Shown here: positions 1 to 10,899 of the stretch, in pieces | Numbering within the stretch: the stretch's first letter is position 1 | How the letters are laid out: each line of letters begins with the position of its first letter | Assembly (NCBI GenBank): GCA_030390025.1 | Contig: CM059431.1 | Location: 134,294,001-134,358,000 of the forward strand | Length of the DNA: 64,000 nt | Direction of reading: 5' to 3' | Origin: Squalus acanthias | Lineage: Eukaryota | Notes under the pieces: generated by a model | The model's database searches: none | What the model was told of the DNA's origin: nothing | The model's input: only the letters and a program-made list of their open reading frames with translations | Program-made: the position numbers and the translations under genes

Positions 1-1588
1 TCTGCATGGGCGGCAGCAGTCTGGGCTGGTTGTGTTGCAGGTGGTGGCAAGTGCAATGGGGAAGTGACAGTGGTGGGAGCAGGAATGCTGTCATCCTGAG
101 AGAGGACAGCACCTCCCTACTCGAACGACACACTGGCACTCCCACGGGGCAGCACCTCAGCATCCGGAGCAATCTGCTCGAGCACAGATTGCTGGTCTGC
201 TGCAGTGCCGTGAGAGCCCTGGGGAAATGTGGCCGAACCAGCGACGATGGCAGCAGTCAGTGCTTGCGTTGCCTCAATCTGAGACTGTTTGAGAGCAGTC
301 TGAGATTGGATCACGGCAGTCAGTGACTGAATTGCAGCACTAGGCAGTTGCGTTGCGTCCGCCTGTGCTACAGCGGAGTGCTCCACACTCCTTGCCAGTC
401 CATCAATGCTTTCGGGCACCCTTCCCACTGCATCAATGAGCTGAGTGTGCATGTCCACTGCCTGGGTGTTCATTTCCGCGATGAGCCGCTCCTCCTCTGC
501 GTCCAGTGCAGCAGGACTCACTGGCCTACTCTCCCTCCGGGGAGAAGGCCCCCGAGCTTCCCTAGCCACATCGCGTTACTGCAGCCCGCTGGGTCCCGGA
601 GCTTCACCCTCATCAGACCCTTCCCCCTCATCAGACCCTTCCCCCCTGCTCCCCTACAGGGAAGACGTGGTCCCAGTGTGGGCATGGGCTTCCTCAGGAG
701 AAGCTGGCGCTTAGGCTCCAGCTTCCTCTTCCTCCTCGCCTGCGGCATCGCTCCTACTGGCTGGTTGAGGGCCCGTCTCCTCAGCTGATGGTTCACCATC
801 TGAAAGCAGGGAGGTACAAGAGTAGCTTTAGCGTCAGGACAGGGGGGCAATAAGGGAGCAAGGACTGGAGCAATTTAGTAAGTTGGATTGAAAGTGTAAA
901 AGGCTGGTGTTGTGAGGGACAAGTGGAATGAGAGAGGAGAGAAAGCTGATGACCTTACCATTGCTGTCCCGAAGGGGGTCGACCTCTCCAGCGGCGACGG
1001 GACCTATCACCTGGCTTGCGACGATTCTGTGGATGCGCGCCTCAAGATCGCTGAGGGTTTGCAGCTGAGGCGGCCCTCCACCCGTCCGTTGCTGCTGGCG
1101 CTTATTATGAGATAGCTTGGCCTGCAAGAAAAAGGACGCCGTCTGAGTAAATATGCAACCATGTGCTTGCCTGATGTGCCTCCCATAGTTGAACAGCCCT
1201 TAATGTATGCAAGGTGTGGAATGTGCGTGTGTGTTTTATGAGATGGCCATAGGTCTTGGATGAGTGTTGGGCTTTGGGGTTTTTACACCCTCTGGCCATA
1301 GAGTGAGGTTGAGATGGAGGGATGGAGAGGTATTGAAAAGCAGCCACTCACCCTGACGACCCGAGTGAGGTCGTTGAACTTTTTCCGACATTGTATATGG
1401 GTCCTGGTCACCATGCTCCTGGAGGAGACGTGCTGAGCCACCTCCCTCCACACTCTTCTATAGTTGCAGGGCAATGGCCTCCTGCCACTCTCTGGGTACA
1501 GTATTGATCTTCAGCGCTCCACTGCACCAACCAGAGCCAGCAAGGCCCGGTCGCTGAAGCGCTGAGCTCATTCCCTGGCCCTCTCCAT
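1..1588 (-). pseudogene. Harbinger Myb/SANT-like DNA-binding protein gene, inactivated
   Basis: Same 3-exon layout as copy 2. ATG at 1588 reads MERARE* (CGA>TGA), and exon 3 has further in-frame stops (TAA near 711, TAG near 117). Confidence 0.85.
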
Positions 1589-1949
1589 AGTTCTTTGCAG
1601 CAGCTTTGAGGTTGAGGTCTGTCCAGGCCGAGATTCAAGGCTGCAATGAGCAGGGTGTGGCTGGAGAGCAAGATCGACTCTCCCCTTTAAGAACTGACTG
1701 GCGCCAGTGTGTCTGTGTTCCATCGCTAACTGACATCACCTGAGCTTCGCCAGCGCTCTGAGTTAGCGCCTCGCTCCTCGGCCTTTGCGCCTTAAGACAG
1801 GTGTGTAGCATCTGATTTAGCGCTGCAATCACCTCCAGGGGCAATAGAAGCCAAGTTTGTAGTCGGAGGTAATAATTTGCGCCAGGCGCTAAACTTTGCG
1901 CCCGGCTGATAATTGCACCCCAAACGGGGCGATACCGAATTTCTCCCCC
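1..1949 (+). mobile_element. PIF/Harbinger transposon copy 1, right part (left part outside window)
   Basis: Collinear with about 4264-6291 of copy 2. Ends in the TIR AATTTCTCCCCC at 1949, followed by TAA, a typical Harbinger target. Confidence 0.9.
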
Positions 1950-2587
1950 TAATTCTTTAAATGCTAATGAGAAGTCGCACAACACCAGGTTATAGTCCAA
2001 CAGTTTTATTTGAAATCACAAGCTTTCGGAGCTTACGTAAGCTCCGAAAGCTTGTGATTTCAAATAAAACTGTTGGGGGTAAAAATTCAGTTGGTTGCGC
2101 CTCCTGTTAGCGCCTTAAGAGGGCGCTAATGGGGCGCAAAGCCGCTAGCGCCCGGGCGCAGCGATGTTTGCGCCGCTCGGGAACTTAACTAGACATTGTG
2201 CGGCGGCGCTAAACTTTACCGCCGCGACCACCTGCGCGCGCAGATTGTGACGTCATTCCATGGTGCAACGCCCTTGTGGCGCCCCGGAGTGGAAATTGAG
2301 TGGCGCCCCCTGCCTTACCGCCTGGCGCATCCAACGACCGGAAGACTGGAACGCTATCAATCGCTGTGGGGCTGGGGGGGGGTGCTATTTAAAGGGGGCC
2401 TCTTCCTGTCTTTTTCTGTGGTTGACATTTTTGCACCACTCGTTCTGAGAGAGAGAGAGAGATTCGGAGAGAGAGAAAGAGAGACTTCTGCATTGAGTCA
2501 ACGCTTTGTGAGGTAGTTTTGCCTACTGATCCTAACTTCGCTGCTACTTTGGTTGCTGTCCTTCATAACTTTGCTTGCAAAGAGACT

Positions 2588-3746
2588 ATGAGGGCTGCAC
2601 TGATTGGGGGCGTCGTCCTGCTCCAGCTGAATCGGAGGACACAGAGACGCAGAGAGAGAGTGGCAATGATGGCCAGACGGAGGAGGGCCAACAGGCGTCT
2701 GTACAGGAGAGCTTACCCTCCCAGGGTATATCGTGAACAGCTCTCCTACATTCATATGTCTGAGGAGCTGTGTTTACGAAGGCTGCGATTCAGCAAGGAG
2801 GTGGTCACTGAGCTCTGCCACCTGCTGCAGCCAGATCTGCAGCCTCAACTGAGGTCCAGGACGTCTCTGTCGGTGGCAGTGAAGGTCACAGTGGCTCTCA
2901 ACTTCTATGCTACTGGCTCATTTCAAGCTGCTGCTGGGGACCTCGCCAATATCTCCCAGTTCGCGGTGCATTGCTGCATCTGGCAAGTCACAAATGCCCT
3001 CTTTAAAAGGAGACGAGAGTTCATCTCTTTCCCCATGACCCTAGACAAGCAGCGTGACCGCGCTCTGGGCTTTGCGAGGATAGCGGGCTTCCCCATGGTG
3101 CAGGGCGCCATTGACTGCACGCATGTGGCTTTGCGTACTCCACATGAGAATGCCGAGGAATTCCGGAACAGAAAGGGGTTCCATTCCTTGAATGTTCAGT
3201 TGGTCTGTGACAACAGACAGCTGATACTCGCTGTCAATGCCCACTATCCTGGCAGCTGCCACGATGCTTTCATCCTGCGCCAGACTACTGTGGCAGAACT
3301 TTGAGGCACCGCATCAGCCAGTTGGTTGGCTTCTCGGGGACAAGGGGTATCCATTGAGCACCTGGCTGATGACACCGCTCCGTACGCCCAACACCCCTGC
3401 TGAGCTGCGGTACAACGAGAGCCATCAAGCTACCAGGAACATCATTGAGCGCACAATCGGCGTGCTGAAGCAACGGTTCCGCTGTCTCGACCATTCTCGA
3501 GGAGCCCTGCAGTACTCGCCTGAGCGAGTATCCAACTTCGTAGTTGTGTGCTGCATGTTGCATAACATGGCAATCGTCAGGACCCAGCCAATGCCACCAG
3601 GCCTTGGAGCACCACCAGAGGAGGAGGAGGAAGAGGAGGAAGAGGACGAGGAGGATGATCATCAGCAGCACCAAGGCGGGAGGGCGGCCCACAATGGTGA
3701 AACTGCAAGGGCCGTCCGTCAATGGCTGATAGCAAGCCGCTTCTAG
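2588..3746 (+). pseudogene. Harbinger (HARBI1-like) DDE transposase with one frameshift near 3300
   Basis: Motifs [43 protein letters not shown] and [15 protein letters not shown] are split over ORFs 2519-3304 and 3237-3746. Confidence 0.92.
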
Positions 3747-4058
3747 GGCCCCTGCTGTGGAAATGGCTTCTGCCATTGCTAACAACATCAATGAACCCAG
3801 CACGCAACCCCTAAGCCGGCCAAGGCACCAATGATTCCAAACACCAAACATGTATATTTTGAATACAAAAACTTATTTATTTTACAAACTCTGTGTGTGT
3901 CATTTCCTCATGACAAACTCATAGAAATAAACACAAAAAAACAGTCATTAACATAACTGGTTCTCACAACCTGGAGATAATGTCCAAAACACTAGACAAA
4001 AGTTGGACCACGAACCTCGGCCTTTAATAAAAAAATGACCAGCATTTTGTCACACCTC

Positions 4059-5035
4059 CTACTTTTTGCCCTTCGAGGGTGATCTCCTTCCCTTGCGCAC
4101 TTCCCCCCTTCTAACCCTACTGCTCCTCCGTAATGGGACCTCAGTGGCTGCAGCAAGGCTGGTGGAAGGCTGCTGATCGTCAGACCCTGACACTGCAGAT
4201 GCCCCTGAAGGACGGCCTCGACCAGTTCTGGGCCTGGAGGGCCCGGCTGCAGACTGCACCAACTCTGCATGGGTGGCAGCAGTCTGTCCTACAGGCGGTG
4301 GCAAGTGCAGTGGAGAAGTGACAGTGTTGGCAGCAGGAATGCTGTCATCGTGAGAGAGGACAGCAACTCCCTGCTCGCCCGACACACTGGCACTCCCACG
4401 GGGCAGCACTTCAGCATCCGGAGCAATCTGCTGGAGCACAGATTGCTGGTCTGCTGCGGCACGGTGAGAGCCCCGGGGACATGTGAACGAACCATCGAGG
4501 TTGGCAGCAGTCAGTGCTCGCGTGGCCTCAATCTGAGTCTGCATGAGAGCAGTCAGAGATGGGATCACGGCAGTCAGTGACTGAATTGCAGCACTAAGCG
4601 TTAGTGTGGCATCCGCCTGTGCTACAGCGAAGTGCTCCACACTCCTTGCCAGTGACTCAATGCATTCGGGCACCCTTCCCACTGCACCCATGAGCTCAGT
4701 GTGCATGCCCACCGCCTGGGTGTTCATTTCTGCGATCAGCCGCTCCTCCTCTGCGTCCATTGCAGTAGGAGTCTCTGGCATACTCTCCCTCTGGGGAGAA
4801 GGCCCCCGTTCTTCCCTACCCCCATGGCGTTGCTGCAGCCCGCTGGGTCCTGGAGCTTCACCCTCATCAGACCCTTCCCCCCTGCTCCCCTCCAGGGAAG
4901 ACGTGTTCCCAGTGTGGGCATGGGCTTCCTCGGGAGAGGGTGGCACTGATGCTCCGGCTTCCTCTTCCTCCTCGGCTGCAGCTTCACTCCCACTGGCAGC
5001 TTCAGGGCCCGTCTCCTCAGCTGGTGAATCACCAT
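4059..5035 (-). CDS. Harbinger Myb/SANT-like protein, exon 3 (977 nt); spliced product 458 aa
   Basis: CCTGCTTTCAG acceptor, in frame with ORF 4059-4946. Basic C-terminus RRSSRVRRGEVRKGRRSPSKGKK. Confidence 0.85.
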
Positions 5036-5194
5036 CTGAAAGCAGGGAGGTACAAGAGTGGCTTTAGCGTGAGGACAGGGTGGCAGTAAGGGAGGAATAA
5101 GTGCAGCGAGTTAGCAAGTTGGATTGAAAGTGTCAAAGGCTGGTGTTGTGAGGGACAAGTGGAAGGACAGAGGACAAAAAGGTGATGACCTTAC

Positions 5195-5357
5195 CATTGC
5201 TGTCCAGAACGGGGTCGGCGTCTCCAGTGGCGACGGGACCGATCACCCGGCTTGCCACAATCCTGTGGACGCGCTCCTCAAGATCGCTGAGGGGTTGCAG
5301 CTGAGGCCGCCCTCCACCTGTCCGTTGCTGCTGTCTCCTATTATGCGCCAGCTTGGC
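5195..5357 (-). CDS. Harbinger Myb/SANT-like protein, exon 2 (163 nt)
   Basis: TTTTTCTTGCAG acceptor; AKLAHNRRQQQRTGGG...; GTAAG donor; phase matches both neighbours. Confidence 0.85.
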
Positions 5358-5387
5358 CTGCAAGAAAAAGGACAGCATCTGAGTAAA

Positions 5388-5549
5388 TATACAGCCATGG
5401 TCTTGCCTGATGTGCCTCCCATAGGTGAATAGCCCTTACTGTATACAGCCATGGTCTTGCCTGATGTGCCTCCCATAGGTGAATAGCCCTTACTGTATGC
5501 AGCCATGGTCTTGCCTGATGTGCCTCCCATAGGTGAATAGCCCTTACTG
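5388..5549. repeat. 54-bp unit x3 in intron 1 of the Myb/SANT gene
   Basis: TATACAGCCATGGTCTTGCCTGATGTGCCTCCCATAGGTGAATAGCCCTTACTG is repeated three times; copy 1 has a single unit. Confidence 0.95.
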
Positions 5550-5695
5550 TATGCAAAGTGTGGAATGTGTGTGTGTGTTTCATGAAAGGGCCATAGGTGT
5601 TGGATGAGTGTTGTGCATTGGGGTTTTAAGACGCTCTGGCCATAGAGTGAGGTTGAGATGGAGGGATAGAGAGGTATTGAGAAAAAGCCACTCAC

Positions 5696-5932
5696 CCTGA
5701 CGACCCGAGTGAGGTCATTGAACTTTTTGCGGCATTGAACATGGGTCCTGGGCACCATGCTCCTGGAGGAGACGCTCTGAGTCACCTCCCTCCACACTCT
5801 TCTGTACTCGCGTGGCAAAGGTCTCCTGCCACTCTCAGGGAAGAGTATACATCTTCTGTGCTCCACTGCGCCAACCAGAGCATCCAAGGCCCGCTCGGTG
5901 AAGCGCTGAGCTCGTTCTCTCACCCTCTCCAT
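5696..5932 (-). CDS. Harbinger Myb/SANT-like protein, exon 1 (79 codons)
   Basis: MERVRERAQRFTERALDALVGAV...WREVTQSV...QCRKKFNDLTRVVR resembles the trihelix Myb/SANT-like domain. Followed by a GTGAG donor. Confidence 0.88.
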
Positions 5933-6380
5933 CCTTGGCAGCAAAATGGATTCACAGGTCTCTCCAGGCCGAGATTCAAGGCTGCAATGAGCAGGGTGTG
6001 GCTGGGGAGCAAGTTGGCCCCCCCCGCTTTAAGAACTGGCCGGCGCCAGTGTGTCTGTGTTCCCTCGCTAACTGGCAGCACCTGCGCTGCGCTCGCGCGC
6101 TGAGTTAGCGCCTCACTGCTCGGCCTTTGCGCCTTAAGACAGGTGTGCAGCACCTGATTTAGCGCTCCACTCACCTCCCGGGGCGGTAAAAGTGAAGTTT
6201 CCAGTCAGTGGCGATAATTAGCGCCAGGCGCTAATATTTGCGTCCAGACGATATTTGCGCCCCAAACGGGGCGAGACCTAATTTTTCCCCCTTGGACTAT
6301 AACCTGGTGTTGTGCGACTTCTCATTTTTGTCCACCCCAGTCCAACCCCAGCATCTCCGCATCATGACCTTTAAATGCTA

Positions 6381-6955
6381 GCTATTGCTTGTCTACCGTC
6401 ATACCTTTTAATGTCGTTTCCCAATCTACCTTAGCCAACTCGCACCTCATACCTACGCAGTTTGCTTTGTTTAGATTTAAGACCCTAGTTTCGGATTTAA
6501 CTAAATTGCTTTAAAACTCAATATAAAATTCTATCATATTATGGTCACTATTCCTGAAGACCCCTTTAATACAAGGTTATTAATTAACCCTTTCTCGTTG
6601 CACAATACTAGATCTAAAATTGCCTGTTCCCTAGTTGATTCCTCAACATACTGATTGAGAAAACTATGTTGCATACATTCCATGAATTTGTCCTTCACAC
6701 TATTACTGCAAAGTTGGTTTGCCCAGTCTATATGCAGATTAAAGTCCCCCATGATTACTGTATTACCCTTATTACATGTGCCTCTAATTTCCTGATTTAT
6801 ACTCTGCCCTCCATTACAACTACTATTTGGGGGCCTATAAACAACTCCCACCAATGTATTCTGCCCCTTGCTGTTTCTTAGCTTCACCCAAACGGATTCT
6901 ACTTCTTGATTTTCAGAGCTAAGATCCTTTGTCTTAACTGTCTTTATCCCATCCC
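6381..6955 (-). mobile_element. CR1 LINE ORF2 endonuclease fragment
   Basis: ORF 6534-6887: GVVYRPPNS, IMGDFN, ILDLVLCN. Confidence 0.85.
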
Positions 6956-7179
6956 AGCGGCGGCAGAGCGGACCTGGGAGGAGCGGTGAGGCGGCAGCAG
7001 CGGTAACAACACAGCACCAGCAGAATTTTCAAAGAGTGAGATCAGAAGTCAAAAGTGACGTTGGCACAAGGGGTGGGAGCTGATTGGTGAGTATCTGGTA
7101 AGTGTTTTTACTTGGCTTTCTTAAAGTTTTTAAGTTTATTCCAGCTAGGTTAGTAAATAGTCTGTTAATTAGAGGTGTC

Positions 7180-8680
7180 CATGATGCGGAGATGCCGGTG
7201 TTGGACTGGGGTGGACAAAATTGAGAGGTCGCACAACACCAGGTTATAGTCCAACAGTTTTATTTGAAATCACAAGCTTTCGGAGCTATCGATTGCCCCT
7301 TCCTCAGGTGAAGTAAATTAGATACAGAATCGCCAAAGCATATATAGATAGAGAACAAAGCATGTGTACCTTACAATTGCAGACCACTAAATTAAATCAT
7401 CCTGACTATCTGCCGAGGTGTGATAAAGTTAATCAAGTCAGCCAGGAAGGTACCACATCAAAGACATAGCAAGATACAACTGAGACAATGAGGTGTAGTC
7501 GCAGGGGTTCTAACGTGTCAAAAGCTGCCGTCTGTATGTAAAACGAAAAGCTTTAAAATTTTTACTTTTTTACTGGGAAAATTTTTACTTTTTTACTGGG
7601 AATCACATCTGTGAACAAGCCAACGACGACTCGAGTCCGGATCACGTCATGTATCGTGACATAAACCCAAGATCCCGGTTGAGACCGTCTTCATGAGTGC
7701 GGAACTTTGCTATCAGTTTCTGCTCGATGATTTTGCGTTGTCGTGTGTTTCTAAGGTTGCCTTGGAGAACGCTTACCCGCAGATCCGAGGCTGAATGTCC
7801 TTGACTGCTGAAGTGTTCCCCGACTGGGAGGTAACAATCCTGCCTGGCGATTGTTGCGCGGTGCTCGTTCATACGTTGTCTCAGTGTCTGCATGGTCTCG
7901 CCGATGTACCATGCCGCGGTGCATTCTTTCCTGCAACGTATGAGGTAGACAACGTTGGCCGAGTCACATGAGTATGTACCATGTACCTGGTGGTTAGTGT
8001 CCTCACGTGTGATGGTGGTATCTGTGTTGATGATCTGGCATGTCTTGCAGAGTTTGCCTTGGCAGGGTTGTGTGGTGTCGTGGTCGCTGTTATCCTGAAA
8101 GCTGGGTAATTTGCTGCGAACGATGGTACTTCTGAGGTTAGGCGGCTGTTTGAAGGCAAGTAGTGGAGGCGTGGACAAGCCCTGCGAATACACAGGATCT
8201 GCTCAGACGAGGAGGAACGCGATGGACACCTACGGACGCTGAAAAACGCCCTCGTAAGAACGGGATATGACGCTCGACTCATCGATCGACAGTTCCGACG
8301 GGCCACAGCGAAAAATCGCATAGACCTCCTCAGAAGGCAAACACGGGACACAACCAACAGGGTACCCTACATCGTCCAGTACTTCCCCGGAGCGGAGAAA
8401 CTACGCCATGTTCTTCGCAGCCTTCAACATGTCATTGATGACGACAAACACCTCGCTAAGGCCATCCCCACGCCTCCACTACTTGCCTTCAAACAGCCGC
8501 CTAACCTCAGAAGTACCATCGTTCGCAGCAAATTACCCAGCTTTCAGGATAACAGCGACCACGACACCACACAACCCTGCCAAGGCAAACTCTGCAAGAC
8601 ATGCCAGATCATCAACACAGATACCACCATCACACGTGAGGACACTACCCACCAGGTACATGGTACATACTCATGTGACT
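7180..8680 (-). mobile_element. Penelope-like retroelement, GIY-YIG end, with inverted 5' segment (about 8175-8680 on +)
   Basis: ORF 7642-8193: CKTC...NVVYLIRC...WYIGET...RMNEH...GLN. The + strand segment encodes the upstream linker (QALRIHRICSDEEE...RVPYIVQYFPG). Confidence 0.92.
7270..7311 (-). ncRNA. Minimal hammerhead ribozyme motif in the Penelope pLTR
   Basis: Minus strand reads TCAC-CTGAGGA-A-GGGGC-aatcgata-GCTCC-GAAAGCTT-GTGA: conserved core, stems I and II, and palindromic AAGCTT in place of stem III. Confidence 0.8.
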
Positions 8681-8962
8681 TGGCTTTCATCTTCAAAGGT
8701 GGATGCCCTGTTTTTTGCAGATGTCATTGCAGACATTGGAGAACTAGGCACAAGACTGCCAGTGACAAAAAAAAATCTTCTACTGTAAAACAAGTTGGAG
8801 CTAAACAATTCCAGATGTAAAAAAGGTAAATTTTATTCTCTAATGACAAGATTAACATTAACATAGGTAATAAATGTGGGTCAGAAGCAGGCAGTGATGT
8901 CAACACTACTCCTTTAAGGTAACAAAGGCCTTTAAGACCTTAAGTACAACTGCCATTTCCCA

Positions 8963-9444
8963 GGGTGACCGCTTTGCGGAACACCTCCGTTCAGTCCATA
9001 AGCGTGACCCCGAGCTTCTGATCGCCTTTCACTTTAATTCTCCGCTCCACTCCAACTCTGACCTCTCCGTCCTCGGCCTCTTACACTGTTCCAACGAAAC
9101 TCAACGTAAGCTCGAGGAACAGCACCTCATCTTTCGATTAGGCACTTTACAGCCTTTTGGACTCAACATCGAGTTCAACAATTTCAGACCATAACCTCTG
9201 CCCCTATTTTTTCACATGGCAGCTGTTGATGATTCTGCCATTCCCATTTACACCTCTTCTAGACTTGTCTTTTGTTTCTTTACTTGTCACATTATCATCT
9301 CCTTTTGCTTTGTACTATCATACCTTTTGTCATTTAATCACAGACCTTCCCTTTTGTTCTTTCCTCCCCTCCCCCACTTTCCCTGCCTCTGTTACATCTC
9401 TAACTTTTTCCAGTTCTGACAAAAGGTCATCAACCTGAAATATT
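8963..9444 (+). mobile_element. Second Penelope-like family: GIY-YIG C-terminus and pLTR fragment
   Basis: GDRFAEHLRSV...QRKLEEQHLIFRLG; homologous to the reverse complement of about 42500-42970. Ends at a decayed hammerhead motif. Confidence 0.8.
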
Positions 9445-9709
9445 GGGCGTGATCTTGCCAGCCCTGGGGAGGCTAGGAGTCATGGCTATCCTCCAAGGGA
9501 GTGAGATTAGCAGAAATAAAAGGAGTGTTAAAAGCTCACCATTCTGTGATGGATATTGCTGAAGGAGAGACACTAAAGCTTGTCACCACTTTTGTTTTTG
9601 CTACGAGTCGGTACATATTGGAGGAAGGAAAATGTAATAATTACTGAGGAACAACGAATAGAAATATCAAAGTCAGCTTATGATGAGACACTGGTGGTCA
9701 CTTATTTTC

Positions 9710-9835
9710 CTGATGAAAGTTCATCGACCTGAAACGTCAACTCTGTTTCTCTCTCCACAGATGCTGCCTGCTGAGTATTGCCAGCATTTTCTGTTTTTAT
9801 TTCAGATTTTCAGCATCCGCAGTATTTGCTTTTGT
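9710..9835 (+). mobile_element. Penelope-like 3' tail fragment beginning with a hammerhead motif
   Basis: CTGATGA-AAGTTCATCGACCT-GAAACGTC-AACT, then the tail shared with 44950-45058. Confidence 0.75.
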
Positions 9836-10899
9836 GTCATTTATTTTCCTTTCTGTATCGGGATGGAATTTTTAAATTTATAAACATGAGACTCAACCAT
9901 GTTTTCCAGAGAAGGTTGGGTACTGGACAAAATTCCCTGACAAGAGAGGGGAACAGATATCGACACCAGGTTCATTTAGATCACCGAACCCTGACTGTAT
10001 ACATATTTAACAAAGAAACTGACGCAGGTGTCTACCCCATAACTTTCTGACAGTTTTAGCAACCTACCAAAACCCCAAAAAATCTTTTATTCAGTTGCAA
10101 TACTCCAGACACATGTTCATTTAGTTTATAATTCCCTCTATAAGCACTGTTTACACTTTTATGTATTAAATTTCATCTGTAACTTGTCTGCCCACAGATT
10201 GAGCTCCTTGACATCTTTTTGAATTTGTGCACATTGCTAATCATCATTTGCTACTGCTCAACATTTAGACACCTAATTATAAACAATAGCAGGTCCAACA
10301 CTGACCTCTGTGGCACACCACTGGTTCAAAAGCAAATTACTACGGATACTGGAAATTTGAACTAGTCGCCAGCCATCTACCACAACACTTGCTGCCCTCT
10401 ACAGTCCAACCTATTGTTAATCTAGTCTAATACACTAGCACCTATCCCATGGACCTAAATCTTATGCAGTAATCTATTATGTGGGACAATGTCATACCCG
10501 CTCGTAAAATCTAGGCATACAACTTTCACTGTCTTGCACATAACCACTAGATTCATAACCTCCTCGAAGAAATACAATAAATTGGTTAAGTACAACTGCT
10601 GCTTTTAAAACTATGCTGCCTATCTCAAATTAACCATGTCCCTCTCGATGATCGCTGATACTATCCCTCCTCACAGTTTCAAATGATTTCCCCATAATCA
10701 AGGTAAGGTTTACAATTCTCTGGGATGTGATACATAAACTGGAAAATATCAGTGTACAGAAACATTCGTTCACCACTACTTTCTGCCTCCTATCCTTTAG
10801 CCAATTACGTACCCAGGGATGTGCTGGCTGTCCCTTACTAACCTATGCTTCTCCAAGTGAGAATTAATTTTGCCCTTGACAGTGGTCTCTGGTAGTATA

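Larger units (their letters stand above)
2076..6291 (+). mobile_element. Full-length PIF/Harbinger DNA transposon (copy 2)
   Basis: 12-bp TIRs GGGGTAAAAATT / AATTTTTCCCCC (11 of 12 match). 3-bp TSD TTG at 2073-2075 and 6292-6294. Convergent transposase and Myb/SANT genes. Confidence 0.95.
1967..6368. mobile_element. Penelope-like terminal (pLTR) fragment arranged as a perfect hairpin, interrupted by Harbinger copy 2
   Basis: Matches the end of the Penelope element at about 7180-7287. 12-bp TSD CTTTAAATGCTA at 1955-1966 and 6369-6380. Arms are 1967-2036 versus 2037-2075 plus 6295-6325. Confidence 0.85.

Noticed and set aside
5243..5695. YSKGYSPMGGTSGKTMA peptide repeats in ORF 5243-5944
   Set aside because: Read-through into intron 1 across the 54-bp tandem repeat.
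2519..5944. Domesticated HARBI1/NAIF1/MSANTD host genes
   Set aside because: Flanked by TIRs and a TSD, multicopy within the window, and the transposase is frameshifted, so this is a transposon.
8681..8960. Minus-strand exon after a TTTTACAG acceptor
   Set aside because: No recognisable protein similarity or donor site; it runs into Penelope sequence.
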